From: an uncultured candidate division Zixibacteria bacterium
Lineage (GTDB): Bacteria; Zixibacteria; MSB-5A5; GN15; PGXB01
Length of the DNA: 64,000 bases
Assembly (NCBI GenBank): GCA_963702205.1
Contig: OY969724.1
Location: 1,408,001 to 1,472,000 of the forward strand
Direction of reading: 5' to 3'
This document shows, piece after piece, positions 43,611 to 54,509 of the stretch. Each line of letters opens with the position of its first letter. Position 1 is the stretch's first letter. The notes beneath the pieces are model-generated. The model made no database searches and was not told the DNA's origin. It saw nothing but the letters and a program-made list of their open reading frames with translations. The translations under genes were made by a program, and so were the position numbers.

Positions 43611-45011
43611 TTACCGGTCGTCGGGATTAACTGTCATATCGTGCAGGTTGAGCGCCTTTTCGAGCGTCTTGTCATCGGCCACTTTCTGCTCGTGAGCCAG
43701 TTCACGGACCGTCTTTTTTTTCTGATACGCCTGCTGCGCCAGCTTGGCGGCGTGATGGTACCCGATCAACGGATTCAACGCCGTCGCCAGGGCGGTCGAC
43801 TTCTCGGCGTACTCGGCACAAATATTTTCATCGGCCTGCAAGCCTTCGACACACCGCTCGCGGAACGAATTCATTCCGCCCGTCAGTATGTCGATTTCCA
43901 GGAGCACATTATATCCAATTACCGGCATCATGACATTCAAATCGAGCTGACCGCCGTGCGCCGCGTGCAGGATAGTTGTGTCGCACCCGAAGACATGGCT
44001 GCACACCATATTAAGCATTTCAGCCATGACCGGATTGACTTTTCCGGGCATGATCGACGACCCCGGCTGCACCGCCGGGAGCTTCAGCTCCATAAGGCCG
44101 GTCAGCGGTCCCGATCCGAGGAGCCTTACGTCATCGGCTATTTTCTTCAGCCCGGTGGCCAGCACCCGCAGCGTCCCGGAAAATTCCACTATGGCATCGA
44201 ATGACGTCATTGCTTCGAACATATTGTCCGGCGTCTGGAAATTCAGGCCGGTCAGATCGTTGATATTTTTAGTGATGTACTTACGGTATTTCGGAGGCGT
44301 GTTCAACCCGGTCCCGACCGCCGAGCCGCCGAGGGCCAGCTCTCTGACCGATTCCAATGCCCGTTCGATGCGCTTTCGATCGTTGCGCATCATGGTGGCG
44401 TAGGCCGAAAATTCCTGTCCAAGGCGGATCGGCACGGCATCCTGAAGATGCGTTCGGCCGCATTTGACAATATGATCAAACTCCCCGGCTTTCTGACTCA
44501 AGGCCTTTTCCATGTTTTCCAATGCCGGTAGAAGTTTCTTGTGGGCCTGCTCGGCCGCCGCAATATGAATCGCCGCGTGAATCGTGTCGTTGGTGGACTG
44601 GCCCATATTAACATGGTCGTTGGGGTGCACGAACTTGTACTCACCGAACGCGCCACCCAGTATTTCGTTGGCCCGGTTGGCGAGGACTTCGTTTACGTTC
44701 ATGTTCTGCGACGTGCCCGCTCCGGCCTGGAAAACATCGAGCACGAACTGGTCGGCCAGCTTGCCGTCCAGGACTTCATCGGCCGCCTCCACAATGGCGT
44801 CAGACAGTTTTTTGTCGAGAATTCCGGCTTTATTATTGGCCAGGGCCGCCGAACGCTTTATTATCGCCTGCGCCCGGATGAAGCCGGGTTGGAACGTAAT
44901 TCCGCTGACTTTGAAATTCTCGACTGCTCGCATCGTTTGCGCGCCGTAATACGCTCCGGCCGGTACTTTAACTTCCCCCAGTGTATCTATTTCCGTGCGA
45001 TATTCGTTCAT
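43611..45011 (-). CDS. Aspartate ammonia-lyase / class II fumarate hydratase
   Basis: GSSIMPGKVNP, HPNDHVN, GRTHLQDA; AGAGTS is closer to AspA. Confidence 0.92.
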   Translation of the reverse strand: MNEYRTEIDTLGEVKVPAGAYYGAQTMRAVENFKVSGITFQPGFIRAQAIIKRSAALANNKAGILDKKLSDAIVEAADEVLDGKLADQFVLDVFQAGAGTSQNMNVNEVLANRANEILGGAFGEYKFVHPNDHVNMGQSTNDTIHAAIHIAAAEQAHKKLLPALENMEKALSQKAGEFDHIVKCGRTHLQDAVPIRLGQEFSAYATMMRNDRKRIERALESVRELALGGSAVGTGLNTPPKYRKYITKNINDLTGLNFQTPDNMFEAMTSFDAIVEFSGTLRVLATGLKKIADDVRLLGSGPLTGLMELKLPAVQPGSSIMPGKVNPVMAEMLNMVCSHVFGCDTTILHAAHGGQLDLNVMMPVIGYNVLLEIDILTGGMNSFRERCVEGLQADENICAEYAEKSTALATALNPLIGYHHAAKLAQQAYQKKKTVRELAHEQKVADDKTLEKALNLHDMTVNPDDR

Positions 45012-45169
45012 ATAAACCTCCGCCAGAATATTTTTATAAATCCCTTAACGACACATTTCTAAATCGGTTCCCCTGGCATACTCATCCAAACGTCCCGGGG
45101 ATTAGTATGATATTGTGATTGAAGCTTAAAGAGAGAATGGAATCAATATTAAAATTTGGGGCCAAAATG

Positions 45170-45541
45170 TCAGGTTGATGTTTTGGTCAGGTGCTTTTCC
45201 AGCTTGGCCTGAATGTCACGCGGATTAAATGGTTTTATGAGGTAATCGTTGGCACCGGCCCGTATGGCTTCGAGGACCTTTGCTTTTTCTCCCTCGGTGG
45301 AAATCATTATGACCGGTAGTTTGTATCCGTCGGCCCGCATCTTTTTAATGGCATGCAGGCCACCCATGACCGGCATGCGCGAGTCCATCAGGACAAGGCC
45401 GATATCGGAATCAATAGAAATTTTTTCCAAAGCTTCCTGACCGTTGTTGGCTTCTATGATATCGTTAATGCCCATTCTTTTCAGGGCACCGATCAGGACC
45501 TTACGCATTAGCTGTGAATCATCTACTATTAAAATGCGCAT
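45170..45541 (-). CDS. Single-domain CheY-like response regulator
   Basis: ILIVDDS, LMD..MP, MIST, YLIKPF. Confidence 0.92.
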   Translation of the reverse strand: MRILIVDDSQLMRKVLIGALKRMGINDIIEANNGQEALEKISIDSDIGLVLMDSRMPVMGGLHAIKKMRADGYKLPVIMISTEGEKAKVLEAIRAGANDYLIKPFNPRDIQAKLEKHLTKTST

Positions 45542-45604
45542 GTGCTCCAAGCCTCCAAATGTCGACACAGCGGGGATTTCGGCAGGGACTCCCCGATCTA
45601 TGGG

Positions 45605-47074
45605 CTACGTCTCCAATTCTTTCCCTTTTTCCTCATCCGATGTCACCGCGATCTGAAGTGTCCCCGGGTCGATCCGTGCTTTCAGAGGACCCTTAAGAGC
45701 ATGCTGGACAATATACGAGGAATCGTATAGTCTTAATGCAACGCCAGGATAAACCAGGCCTGAAATTTTTATGTAAGCGCTTTTATCGAGAACCATTTCG
45801 CGATGAATCCTCTGGGCTTCTTCGGTTTCGGACTTTTCCAGTTCCAGATAGTCGTTCAGTTCTATCGTAAGTTCCACCAGATGGCGCTTTTGGTCGGCCG
45901 TGAGAATCAGTCTTATCTGTTCGAGCTTCCGCTTGGCGCAGTTCAATATTTTGGCGGCGTCGCGGATTTCTTTTATTTTCTGCTTGCACTCTTCAAGTTT
46001 TTCATATTCGGCGTAGTCGACCCCGGCGATCAGGACGGTTTTGGTATCGGCTTTGGAACCCGCCTCTTCGGCCTCGATCGCTTTGGCGGCTATAATTTCT
46101 CCGCCGATTATTCTCCCCGACCCACAGATTACCTCGCCGCGCGATTTGATATGACACTGGTATATCTCCCGGTTGGCGGTTATGTTGCCGTCGCAGACGA
46201 CCGAGGCGTTCAGGATGTACTTCGTTACGATATCGCCCTTGACGTGGATTTTCTTCTCGTGGCTGCTGTTGATGCCTTCCACCGCCACCAGGTTCCCGCC
46301 GCAGTTAACATCAGCTGCGAGCACGACACCCTTGACTTCGATATTTCCGGTAGCCGAGACCTTGAATTCTGACTCAATGTCGCCGCCGACAAGGACCTGA
46401 CCGCGATGATCGACATTCCCTGAAGCCGTCCCGACGCCATCGCGAAGATTCAGGACCTCGTCGACATCCACCTTTTTCCCGGTCAGCTTAACCTGGCCCT
46501 CAGTTTTGGCTCGAAAACCGCTGTCTCTTTCGCTCCAATAGACGTTATGACCTGCTTGGAGGGTTGACTTTCTGGCAGATGCCACATTAATTTTTCGGCC
46601 GGTTACATCGGATCCGGGTTTGCCTTCGACCGGAGGATGAATCACGACCAGCAGCTGGTCTTTTTCGACCGTCGGCTGACTGGCTTTCTGGCGGAAATCG
46701 ATGCGTCTCGAAACCGGGTCGATGAAATATCCTGGCGTGAAAAAATTCCCCTGCCATTCGATTTTGGCGTCATGCGATTCTTCCGGCGGGACACCTTCGA
46801 TTAGAGTAATCTCGGCCGATTCGGCCCCCGGCGGGTAATGTTCCGCAATCAACTGAATAATAGATAACGGTTCGGGAATTTTGGCTATGCCCATGGCCTT
46901 GAGGCGTTGCACGACCTCTTCACCCAACCCGTCACGTTCGATATCGGCCGAATTGCAAATGAGTGAGACTTTCATCCGATCCTCGCTTAGGGACAGACGG
47001 ACATTCTGCCACTCGCTGTCGGGATCGTGCTTCAAATCATGGTTTGCTTGTCGTTCGGTGATATCGTCACTCAT
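45605..47074 (-). CDS. FapA/DUF342 family protein
   Basis: IDFR, G.PG.DVTG, SGNVD..G, beta-helical GDI/GNI repeats, coiled coil, VYPGV. Confidence 0.85.
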   Translation of the reverse strand: MSDDITERQANHDLKHDPDSEWQNVRLSLSEDRMKVSLICNSADIERDGLGEEVVQRLKAMGIAKIPEPLSIIQLIAEHYPPGAESAEITLIEGVPPEESHDAKIEWQGNFFTPGYFIDPVSRRIDFRQKASQPTVEKDQLLVVIHPPVEGKPGSDVTGRKINVASARKSTLQAGHNVYWSERDSGFRAKTEGQVKLTGKKVDVDEVLNLRDGVGTASGNVDHRGQVLVGGDIESEFKVSATGNIEVKGVVLAADVNCGGNLVAVEGINSSHEKKIHVKGDIVTKYILNASVVCDGNITANREIYQCHIKSRGEVICGSGRIIGGEIIAAKAIEAEEAGSKADTKTVLIAGVDYAEYEKLEECKQKIKEIRDAAKILNCAKRKLEQIRLILTADQKRHLVELTIELNDYLELEKSETEEAQRIHREMVLDKSAYIKISGLVYPGVALRLYDSSYIVQHALKGPLKARIDPGTLQIAVTSDEEKGKELET

Positions 47075-47156
47075 AGCGGTAAATCTCGCAAATATATATT
47101 TTCAAAAGCCACCCGATGCAGGACAAATCCAATATGGCACTTTGGCCATACTTTAA

Positions 47157-47183
47157 TTATCGGCAATGATACGCAAAGACTTA
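47157..47183 (-). promoter_or_regulatory. Sigma28-type promoter of fapA-cheY-like unit
   Basis: Minus strand TAAG-N15-GCCGATAA. Confidence 0.7.
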
Positions 47184-47289
47184 TGCCGCTTATATATCAA
47201 AAATCATGAATTTTATAAGAACAATTCGGGACAATTCGGGTTGTAAAAATCAATAAAATCTAAAACATTGACGGAGAAGACCTTTTAAC

Positions 47290-48468
47290 ATGACTGAAGA
47301 AATTAAAACGAAATTGATAATCGGTGTTCCACGGGAGACATTTGGTGGTGAAAACCGTGTCGCCCTGGTGCCCGACACTATCCCGCCTTTGGCAAAAGCG
47401 GGGCTGGAGGTTATGGTCGAAAAAGAGGCCGGGACTGCCGCCGGTTTCGACGACCGCGCCTATACCGACAAGGGTGGTAAGATCGCCGACAGCCGCGCCG
47501 ATCTTTTTGCCAAAGCCGATGTAATTTTGCAGGTTCGCGGTTACGGGGCCAATCCCGAGCTCGGCAAAGACGACCTGTCCAAACTGAAAAAGGACCAGAC
47601 GGTTATCGGATTTTTCGAGCCGCTCAGCGAACCGAATCTGATTAAGGAAATCGGGGAGAAGGGTGTAAAAACTTTCTCGATGGAATTGATTCCGAGAATT
47701 ACCCGCGCCCAGTCGATGGACGCGCTTTCTTCGATGGCCAACATCGCCGGATACAAAGCTGTACTTATGGCCGCCGAATATCTGCCGCGCATGTTCCCGA
47801 TGATGATGACCGCGGCCGGGACGATAGCTCCCGCGCGGGTGTTCATTGTCGGGGCCGGTGTGGCGGGGCTTCAGGCGATAGCCACGGCCAAGCGGCTGGG
47901 GGCGGTAGTCCGGGCCTACGACATCCGTCCGGCCGTCAAAGAGCAGGTGGAATCGCTCGGCGGTAAATTCGTCCAGATGGAGCTCGAAACCGGCGACTCC
48001 GAGGACAAGGGCGGTTATGCCAAAGAAATGAACGAAGAGTTCTATCGTAAACAGCGCGAGATGATGGCGAAAGTCGTCGCCGAAAGCGACGTCGTCATCA
48101 CGACCGCCGCCGTGCCGGGCAAGAAAGCCCCGATTTTGATCACCGGCGAGATGGTTAAAAAAATGCCGCTGGGCTCGATCGTCATCGACCTTGCCGCCGA
48201 ACGCGGCGGCAATTGCGACCTCACCAAGCCGGGACAGATCATCACCGAGGGCGGCATTAAGATCGTCGGACCGCTCAATATGCCATCGGAAGTGGCGTAT
48301 CACGCCAGCCAGATGTATGCCAAAAACATCTCGACGTTTCTGTTGCACCTGGTCAAAGACGGTCAACTGAACATAGATATGGATGATGAAATAACGCGCG
48401 AAACCCTGCTGACCCGCGACGGTTCAATCGTCAATCCCCGGGTGCAGGAACTTCTCGCGGCTTCTTAA
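47290..48468 (+). CDS. pntA: NAD(P) transhydrogenase alpha subunit part 1
   Basis: ENRVAL.P, PRITRAQSMDALSS, GAGVAGLQA. Confidence 0.95.
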   Translation: MTEEIKTKLIIGVPRETFGGENRVALVPDTIPPLAKAGLEVMVEKEAGTAAGFDDRAYTDKGGKIADSRADLFAKADVILQVRGYGANPELGKDDLSKLKKDQTVIGFFEPLSEPNLIKEIGEKGVKTFSMELIPRITRAQSMDALSSMANIAGYKAVLMAAEYLPRMFPMMMTAAGTIAPARVFIVGAGVAGLQAIATAKRLGAVVRAYDIRPAVKEQVESLGGKFVQMELETGDSEDKGGYAKEMNEEFYRKQREMMAKVVAESDVVITTAAVPGKKAPILITGEMVKKMPLGSIVIDLAAERGGNCDLTKPGQIITEGGIKIVGPLNMPSEVAYHASQMYAKNISTFLLHLVKDGQLNIDMDDEITRETLLTRDGSIVNPRVQELLAAS

Positions 48469-48489
48469 TAGGTTGGAAAGGAGTCAATA

Positions 48490-48768
48490 ATGGACGGATT
48501 CGTAATGATCCTGACTATATTTGTACTGGCGATATTCGTCGGATTCGAAGTTATAACGAAGGTTCCCCCGACCCTTCATACACCGCTTATGTCAGGGTCC
48601 AATGCCATTTCGGGAATCACGATAGTCGGTGCTATTTTAAGCGCCGGGACGAAACACACGGAGCTGACAACCTGGCTGGGACTGGCCGCGATGGTTTTCG
48701 CGACGATCAACGTCGTCGGTGGCTTTCTGGTCACCCATCGTATGCTGAAAATGTTCAGGAAAAAATAA
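48490..48768 (+). CDS. pntA: NAD(P) transhydrogenase alpha subunit part 2
   Basis: VPPTLHTPLMSGSNAISG, NVVGGF.VT.RML.MF. Confidence 0.95.
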   Translation: MDGFVMILTIFVLAIFVGFEVITKVPPTLHTPLMSGSNAISGITIVGAILSAGTKHTELTTWLGLAAMVFATINVVGGFLVTHRMLKMFRKK

Positions 48769-48785
48769 GGCGAGGGACTTAAACA

Positions 48786-50174
48786 ATGCTGTTATCAATT
48801 GTAAATATAGCTTATCTGATCGCGGCCGTCCTGTTCATACTCGGGCTTAAAGGACTGGCCCATCCGCGTACGGCCGTGCGGGGCAATCTTATGGGAGCGC
48901 TGGGTATGCTCCTCGCTATCGTCGTGACCCTGTTGGATCGTCACATCATAAGTTTTGAAATGATTATTATCGGGGCGGTTCTCGGTGCCCTTATCGGAGC
49001 CGTGCTGGCGGTCAAGATTCAGATGACCGCCATGCCGCAGATGGTAGCCGTATTCAACGGCTTCGGAGGCGGCGCCTCGGTCCTCGTGGCGGGCGCGGCG
49101 TTGATAGAAACTCTGATCGCGACCCATACTCCCGACATGCAGCTCACTATCGCGACCGTTGCGTCGGGCCTGATCGGGGCCGTCACGTTCTGGGGAAGTA
49201 TGGTGGCGTTCGGGAAACTCCAGGGAATCATCAGCGAGAATGCCGTCATCTATCCGGGACAGAAAACAATCAACGCCATTCTGGGGCTGATTGTTATCGG
49301 TTTTGGGGTGTGGCTGGTTATCGATCCGACTATTATAACGAATTACTGGATTCTGGTGGCGGTGTCATCGGTGCTGGGTATACTGCTGACCATACCGATC
49401 GGCGGCGCCGATATGCCGGTCGTTATCGCATTGTTGAACTCATACTCGGGACTGGCCGCCGCGGCGACCGGATTCGTGCTGAACAACAACGTCCTGATCA
49501 TCTCCGGCTCGCTGGTCGGCGCTTCGGGGATCATTCTTTCGAACATCATGTGCAAAGCCATGAACCGCTCCCTGACCAACGTCCTGTTCGGCGTCATGGG
49601 CCCGAGCGAGAGTGGGCCGTCGGCCGACGACGTTTACGCCGGTCGGGTTAAGGCCACATCACCCGAAGAGGTCGCGATGCTTATGGACGGGGCGCAGAAA
49701 GTCGCGATCGTGCCGGGTTACGGTATGGCCGTGGCGCAGGCGCAGCACGCCGTCCGCGACCTGACCAACCTGCTCAACTCCAAAGGTATCGATGTCGTTT
49801 TCGGCATTCATCCGGTGGCCGGGCGTATGCCCGGTCATATGAACGTACTGTTAGCCGAGGCCAATATCCCCTATGATAAACTTCTGGAAATGGATACGAT
49901 TAATTCGGAGATGGATACGGTCGACGTGGCGATCGTGCTGGGTGCCAACGACGTGGTCAATCCCGTCGCGCGCACCGACCCGAAATCGCCCATTGCCGGG
50001 ATGCCGATAATCGACGTCGACAAAGCGCGGACCGTGGTCGTGATCAAGCGGTCGTTGTCGCCGGGTTTTGCGGGTATTCCCAATCCGCTGTTTGCACTGG
50101 ATAATTCATTGATGCTCTTCGCCGACGGCAAAAAAGCGATTTTGGATATAATCGCGGCGATAAAAGAGTCGTAA
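48786..50174 (+). CDS. pntB: NAD(P) transhydrogenase beta subunit
   Basis: IGGADMPVVI, PGYGMAVAQAQH, HPVAGRMPGHMN. Confidence 0.97.
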   Translation: MLLSIVNIAYLIAAVLFILGLKGLAHPRTAVRGNLMGALGMLLAIVVTLLDRHIISFEMIIIGAVLGALIGAVLAVKIQMTAMPQMVAVFNGFGGGASVLVAGAALIETLIATHTPDMQLTIATVASGLIGAVTFWGSMVAFGKLQGIISENAVIYPGQKTINAILGLIVIGFGVWLVIDPTIITNYWILVAVSSVLGILLTIPIGGADMPVVIALLNSYSGLAAAATGFVLNNNVLIISGSLVGASGIILSNIMCKAMNRSLTNVLFGVMGPSESGPSADDVYAGRVKATSPEEVAMLMDGAQKVAIVPGYGMAVAQAQHAVRDLTNLLNSKGIDVVFGIHPVAGRMPGHMNVLLAEANIPYDKLLEMDTINSEMDTVDVAIVLGANDVVNPVARTDPKSPIAGMPIIDVDKARTVVVIKRSLSPGFAGIPNPLFALDNSLMLFADGKKAILDIIAAIKES

Positions 50175-50197
50175 TAGAATTAGTTGAGAATTCTTTC

Positions 50198-50234
50198 GTA
50201 GGGCAGGACCCGAGCGTAGCGACGCGGTCCTGCC
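50198..50234 (+). repeat. GTAG-REP at edge of AT-rich islet
   Basis: GTAGGGCAGGACC...GGTCCTGCC. Confidence 0.65.
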
Positions 50235-50819
50235 TTTTAACTGCAATTTATTTGTTATTAAAGCCTCTTATTGACATATCCCGCCAATCTTGCAAGATTT
50301 CTAACGATAATTTTAGATATATGTTTTATTATATGATTTCTCCGCATAATTATGACTAATTTGGGGCCTGTTTTATAATAGCAATCGATTAGAAATCGGC
50401 CAACTGCATATCTGTCAAGAAAATTGTCCCGGAAATATGTCAATTCATTATATTCAACTGATCCTTTGCCAAATAATGCCGTAGCGACGAAACAGATTCC
50501 GCCGCCTTTAGGTTCAGGAATAGGTTCTGGAAGCTGAATGTCATCAAGCGAATTAATTTCCAAGAATTGCCGTACCAGATTTTGATCATCCAAAGACAGT
50601 TTTAAAATAAGTTTGGAGTCGATTTTCAGTTCTTGAAGTTGACTTGCTAAGAAGAAAAATCCCAGCGTTACAGTAGTCCCCGCATAAATAACTCCTTTTG
50701 AGAAATATTCTGACCATCTGGAGCAGGCTTCAATTTGGCGGTGTTCGGGAGTGATAAAATCGGGCAAAAAGACGTTGAGATTTATTTTTAACGTCAACAA
50801 GTAATGCGCTTACATTTTT

Positions 50820-52137
50820 GCGCGTGTAAATATTTTTGTGTAAGTGGCCATGACGTATATATAGTTGAAGGAGGTATATCATGGCCAAGAAACGTGACGA
50901 AGCTGACAAACTGATCGACGAGATGATCGCCGGCAAGACGCCGGAAGAGATAGTGGGTGAGGGCGGTCTTCTGCAGGCGCTCACGAAACGGGTGTATGAG
51001 CGCGCCCTCGCAGGTGAGATGACGCATCACTTGGGCTATCCGCCCAATGCTCCCGAAGGCAAAAACAGCGGCAACTCTCGCAACGGCAAAACCAGCAAGA
51101 CGGTCAAGACCGGGTCGGCAGATGTTACGCTGGAGATTCCGCGGGACCGGAACGGCGAGTTCGAGCCGCAGTTGGTTAAAAAGCACCAGCGGCGCCTGCC
51201 CGGTTTCGACGACAAGGTGTTGGCGCTGTACGCTCGGGGTTTGACGACGCGGGATATCCAGGGTCATCTTGAGGAGATGTACCAGTCGGAGGTTTCCCCG
51301 GCCTTGATTTCGGCGGTGACGGACGCCGTGCTTCAGGAGGTGACGGTGTGGCAGAGTCGGCCGCTGGAGGCGGTCTACCCGATCGTCTATCTGGACGCCA
51401 TCCACCTGAAGCTTCGTCAGAGCGGCCAGGTCAAAAACCAGGCGGTCTATTTGGCCTTGGGGATCACGCCGGAGGGTTACAAGGAACTCTTGGGTTTGTG
51501 GGTCGGCGATCAGGAGGGTTCGAAGTTCTGGCTGTCGGTGCTGACGGAGCTTAAGAACCGGGGCGTTCGGGACATCCTGATTGCCTGTGTCGATGGTCTG
51601 ACGGGGTTCCCTGATGCGATTGAGACGGCCTTTCCGCAGACCCAGGTGCAGTTATGTCTCGTGCACATGGTGCGCAACTCGCTGAAGTATGTCGGTTGGA
51701 AAGAGCGCAAGGCGGTCGCGGCCGATCTCAAGACGATCTACTCGGCGCCCAACGAAGAAGCCGCCGAGCAGGCCCTGACGGCGTTCGAGGCCACATACCG
51801 GGACCGTTTCCCGCAGATCGCCCGCTCATGGCGGTCCTGCTGGATGAACATCATCCCGTTTTTTAGCTACCCCAAAGAGATTCGAAAGGTTATCTATACG
51901 ACCAACGCCATCGAGTCGATGAATGCTCAGTTGCGCAAGGTGACGCGGAATCGCGGCTCGTTCCCGACGGTGGAATCAGTCAGAAAGGTGATCTACCTGG
52001 CGATACAAAGAATCTCGAAAAAATGGAAGCGTCCGATCAAGGACTGGGTGGCGGCCCTTAATCACTTCTGCATCGTCTTCGAGGGAAGGATCGAAAACAC
52101 ATGAACCGGCCGCTTACACAAAATTCCGTACACTCCC
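50820..52137 (+). mobile_element. IS256-family insertion sequence
   Basis: Imperfect 30-bp IRs sharing GTGTA and TTTTGTGTAAG.GGCC; 8-bp TSD ACATTTTT (50812-50819, 52138-52145). Confidence 0.95.
50881..52104 (+). CDS. IS256 family transposase
   Basis: RNG, PRDR.G.F.P, YLDA, DGL.GF, Q.C.VH..RN, TTNAIES. Confidence 0.96.
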   Translation: MAKKRDEADKLIDEMIAGKTPEEIVGEGGLLQALTKRVYERALAGEMTHHLGYPPNAPEGKNSGNSRNGKTSKTVKTGSADVTLEIPRDRNGEFEPQLVKKHQRRLPGFDDKVLALYARGLTTRDIQGHLEEMYQSEVSPALISAVTDAVLQEVTVWQSRPLEAVYPIVYLDAIHLKLRQSGQVKNQAVYLALGITPEGYKELLGLWVGDQEGSKFWLSVLTELKNRGVRDILIACVDGLTGFPDAIETAFPQTQVQLCLVHMVRNSLKYVGWKERKAVAADLKTIYSAPNEEAAEQALTAFEATYRDRFPQIARSWRSCWMNIIPFFSYPKEIRKVIYTTNAIESMNAQLRKVTRNRGSFPTVESVRKVIYLAIQRISKKWKRPIKDWVAALNHFCIVFEGRIENT

Positions 52138-53001
52138 ACATTTTTTTGATTTTTCCCAGCAGTTGCCAAACCTGTTATAAACCTAGTGATCCTAAAGTCA
52201 AATATATCATTAATATATTGATATTCCAAATCATTATCCATATTATTTGTCATATGCTGTGAGTTTCCTTCCTCGATTTGATTTCTAAAATATGTATAAT
52301 AATCTGTACCATCGAAATATGTATCACATAATAGTTTCAGCAAATCATACCAATCCCAATATAACACACCCGCAGCATTACATAATTTAATTGCTTGAGA
52401 TGTAAATGATGATGTTGTAATCATCATTGCTCTATTAGCGTTATAATATTCCTTCGATCCCAATACTTGATTGACGTCTTTAACACCTACTCTATTATTT
52501 TCTGCATATCTTTTAATCTGAACAACCGTTGGACTTTCATCTTTGTACAATATTAGATCTGCTCCAAAATCTCCGGAATATTTAGTTTGTTCAACATCGA
52601 ATTCATTATCGCGAAAGACTTGGCATATAAAATCCTCAAAATCTTGAGGCGAAAAATCCTGAAATCTCTTAGGAATTGCCGAATATAAAATCTGAGGTAT
52701 ATTGACCTTTGCGAAATCCATGGTTAAACCACGAAATGCCTTATTCCCATTGGCGTTTGAATTAGCCCAGTGAATAGATTGTTTTCAACTATGATACACT
52801 ACGCTTTGTCCAAAATCAAGCCCATAATGATACTTGCTTTGACAGCGGCGTTAGGAATACCTGTCCGGCGATATTAAATTTTTGTAGGTCTGATTCTGAT
52901 GAAGTCAACCTAATATTATTCTCAATCCAAAATTCCCTTGCGCAAGTTTTTCTAATCTTTTACATTGGAATAGTTCTTTAATTTCTAAAAGGAGGGCAAT
53001 C

Positions 53002-53760
53002 ATGAAAAAGGTTTTTGTATTACTGTTTGTGTTAGTCTGCATTTCCAAGGCTCATTGTGGTGTCGCGCTTCCAATAAACTGGAAACGTTTAACATGCAAA
53101 GTTACGACTATCGATTCTATTGGCACAGCATTTGTGTTGCGTTACAAAGACGATGTATTTATTGTTTCAAATCGGCATGTTGTAACTCCCGGGGTATCCG
53201 TTTTTCATTTGAACAGCCACAATGTCGATTCGTCAGGTAATCATATCCCTATAAATTTTATACCTGATTCAGCTGCGTGCTTTTTCGATGGCAAATATGA
53301 CCTTGCCTTTGTGCACATATCAAAGATACCTTTTTTGCCATCTTTATTCGACTTAGTTGTTGTGCCAGAATCATTAATAGGGGATGATTCTATGATTGTC
53401 GCCGGCAGGGACATTTTCTTTTTAGGTTACCCCAATGGAAAGGCAGGACAAACCCCGTCAATGCCGTTAGTCCGAAGCGGCATAATAGCTGGGGATTTCG
53501 AAGAACGAATTATTTTGGATGGTAATATCTTTGGCGGTAGCAGTGGAAGTCCATTATTTCTTGATTATAATCAAAAATTCCCACAGGGCGCTGATCGTCT
53601 TATAGGTATAATTTCAGGCTATTATACGATGCCAATAAAAAATAAACCTTCCATTATGGAAAACATGGGGATTGGGGTCGCAATTAAAATTAGTTATATT
53701 ATAAATACAATAGAAACTTGGCGAAAAGCGCATCCCAAAAGGCACGTAACAGATAAATAA
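53002..53760 (+). CDS. Secreted trypsin-like serine protease
   Basis: Signal peptide; SNRHVV, YDLA, LGYP, GGSSGSP. Confidence 0.85.
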   Translation: MKKVFVLLFVLVCISKAHCGVALPINWKRLTCKVTTIDSIGTAFVLRYKDDVFIVSNRHVVTPGVSVFHLNSHNVDSSGNHIPINFIPDSAACFFDGKYDLAFVHISKIPFLPSLFDLVVVPESLIGDDSMIVAGRDIFFLGYPNGKAGQTPSMPLVRSGIIAGDFEERIILDGNIFGGSSGSPLFLDYNQKFPQGADRLIGIISGYYTMPIKNKPSIMENMGIGVAIKISYIINTIETWRKAHPKRHVTDK

Positions 53761-53801
53761 TTTGCAAGAGTTGCATCTGCTATGAAATATGACGTTTTGA
53801 C

Positions 53802-54509
53802 TTACAACCCCAAATGAATCGCCACGCCGCACAATAAAATCGTCAGACCGGCCAAGGCGCGGGAATAACGGGTCAGCCGCGAAAAACTTATAACTTTCAG
53901 CCCGCTCAACAACATCATAACCGTAACGATCATCGTACTTATCGTCACGAAACTGAAAACCGATGCCACCAGTACCATGCCGGAAATACTACTCTGCGCC
54001 GCGGGATACATCAGAATCGGGATCAATGGCTCGCACGGGCCAAAAACGAAAATCAGAAAAATCACCCAGGGCGTGACACTTTTGGCATCGTCATCGGTGT
54101 GACTGTGGTCGTGGTCCGCGCCGTCGTGATGATGGTCGTGCTCGTGTTTGTGACCGAGACCGAACAGGTGGGTGTGGCCTTTGCCTTTATAGGCGTGACG
54201 GATGCCCCAGATCAGATAAACCAGTCCGAAAGCGGTCAGTGCCCAGGCGGCTATGTCACCGCGAAACGATTCCATCCCCTGTACTTTCGATATGGCGATG
54301 CCGAACAGGATGCCGATGATACCGATCACAACCGAGCTGAGCACGTGCCCCAGGCCGCAGAGAAAAGTAATGAAAATAGTCTTGGTGCTGGACCAGCTGC
54401 GGCTTTTGGACAGCGCCACGAACGGGATATAATGGTCCGGGCCCAAAATAGTATGAATAAAGCCGAGACCGGCGGCGGTGATAAGCAGAGTTTCAAGCGA
54501 TGTGTCCAA
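53802..54509 (-). CDS. Ni/Co transporter-like membrane protein with His-rich loop
   Basis: H...GPDH, GHVLSS, HKHEHDHHHD loop, PCEPLIP. Confidence 0.8.
   Translation of the reverse strand: MDTSLETLLITAAGLGFIHTILGPDHYIPFVALSKSRSWSSTKTIFITFLCGLGHVLSSVVIGIIGILFGIAISKVQGMESFRGDIAAWALTAFGLVYLIWGIRHAYKGKGHTHLFGLGHKHEHDHHHDGADHDHSHTDDDAKSVTPWVIFLIFVFGPCEPLIPILMYPAAQSSISGMVLVASVFSFVTISTMIVTVMMLLSGLKVISFSRLTRYSRALAGLTILLCGVAIHLGL

Larger units (their letters stand above)
50258..52721 (-). pseudogene. Mrr-like restriction endonuclease fused to a CFI-box-CTERM-like domain; interrupted by IS256 and a frameshift
   Basis: 5' part FE...GDFGAD...VQIKRY...TTSSFT; 3' part CFVATALFG...FRD..L...GR..I..YY..GP; junction carries the 8-bp TSD. 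Confidence 0.75.
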
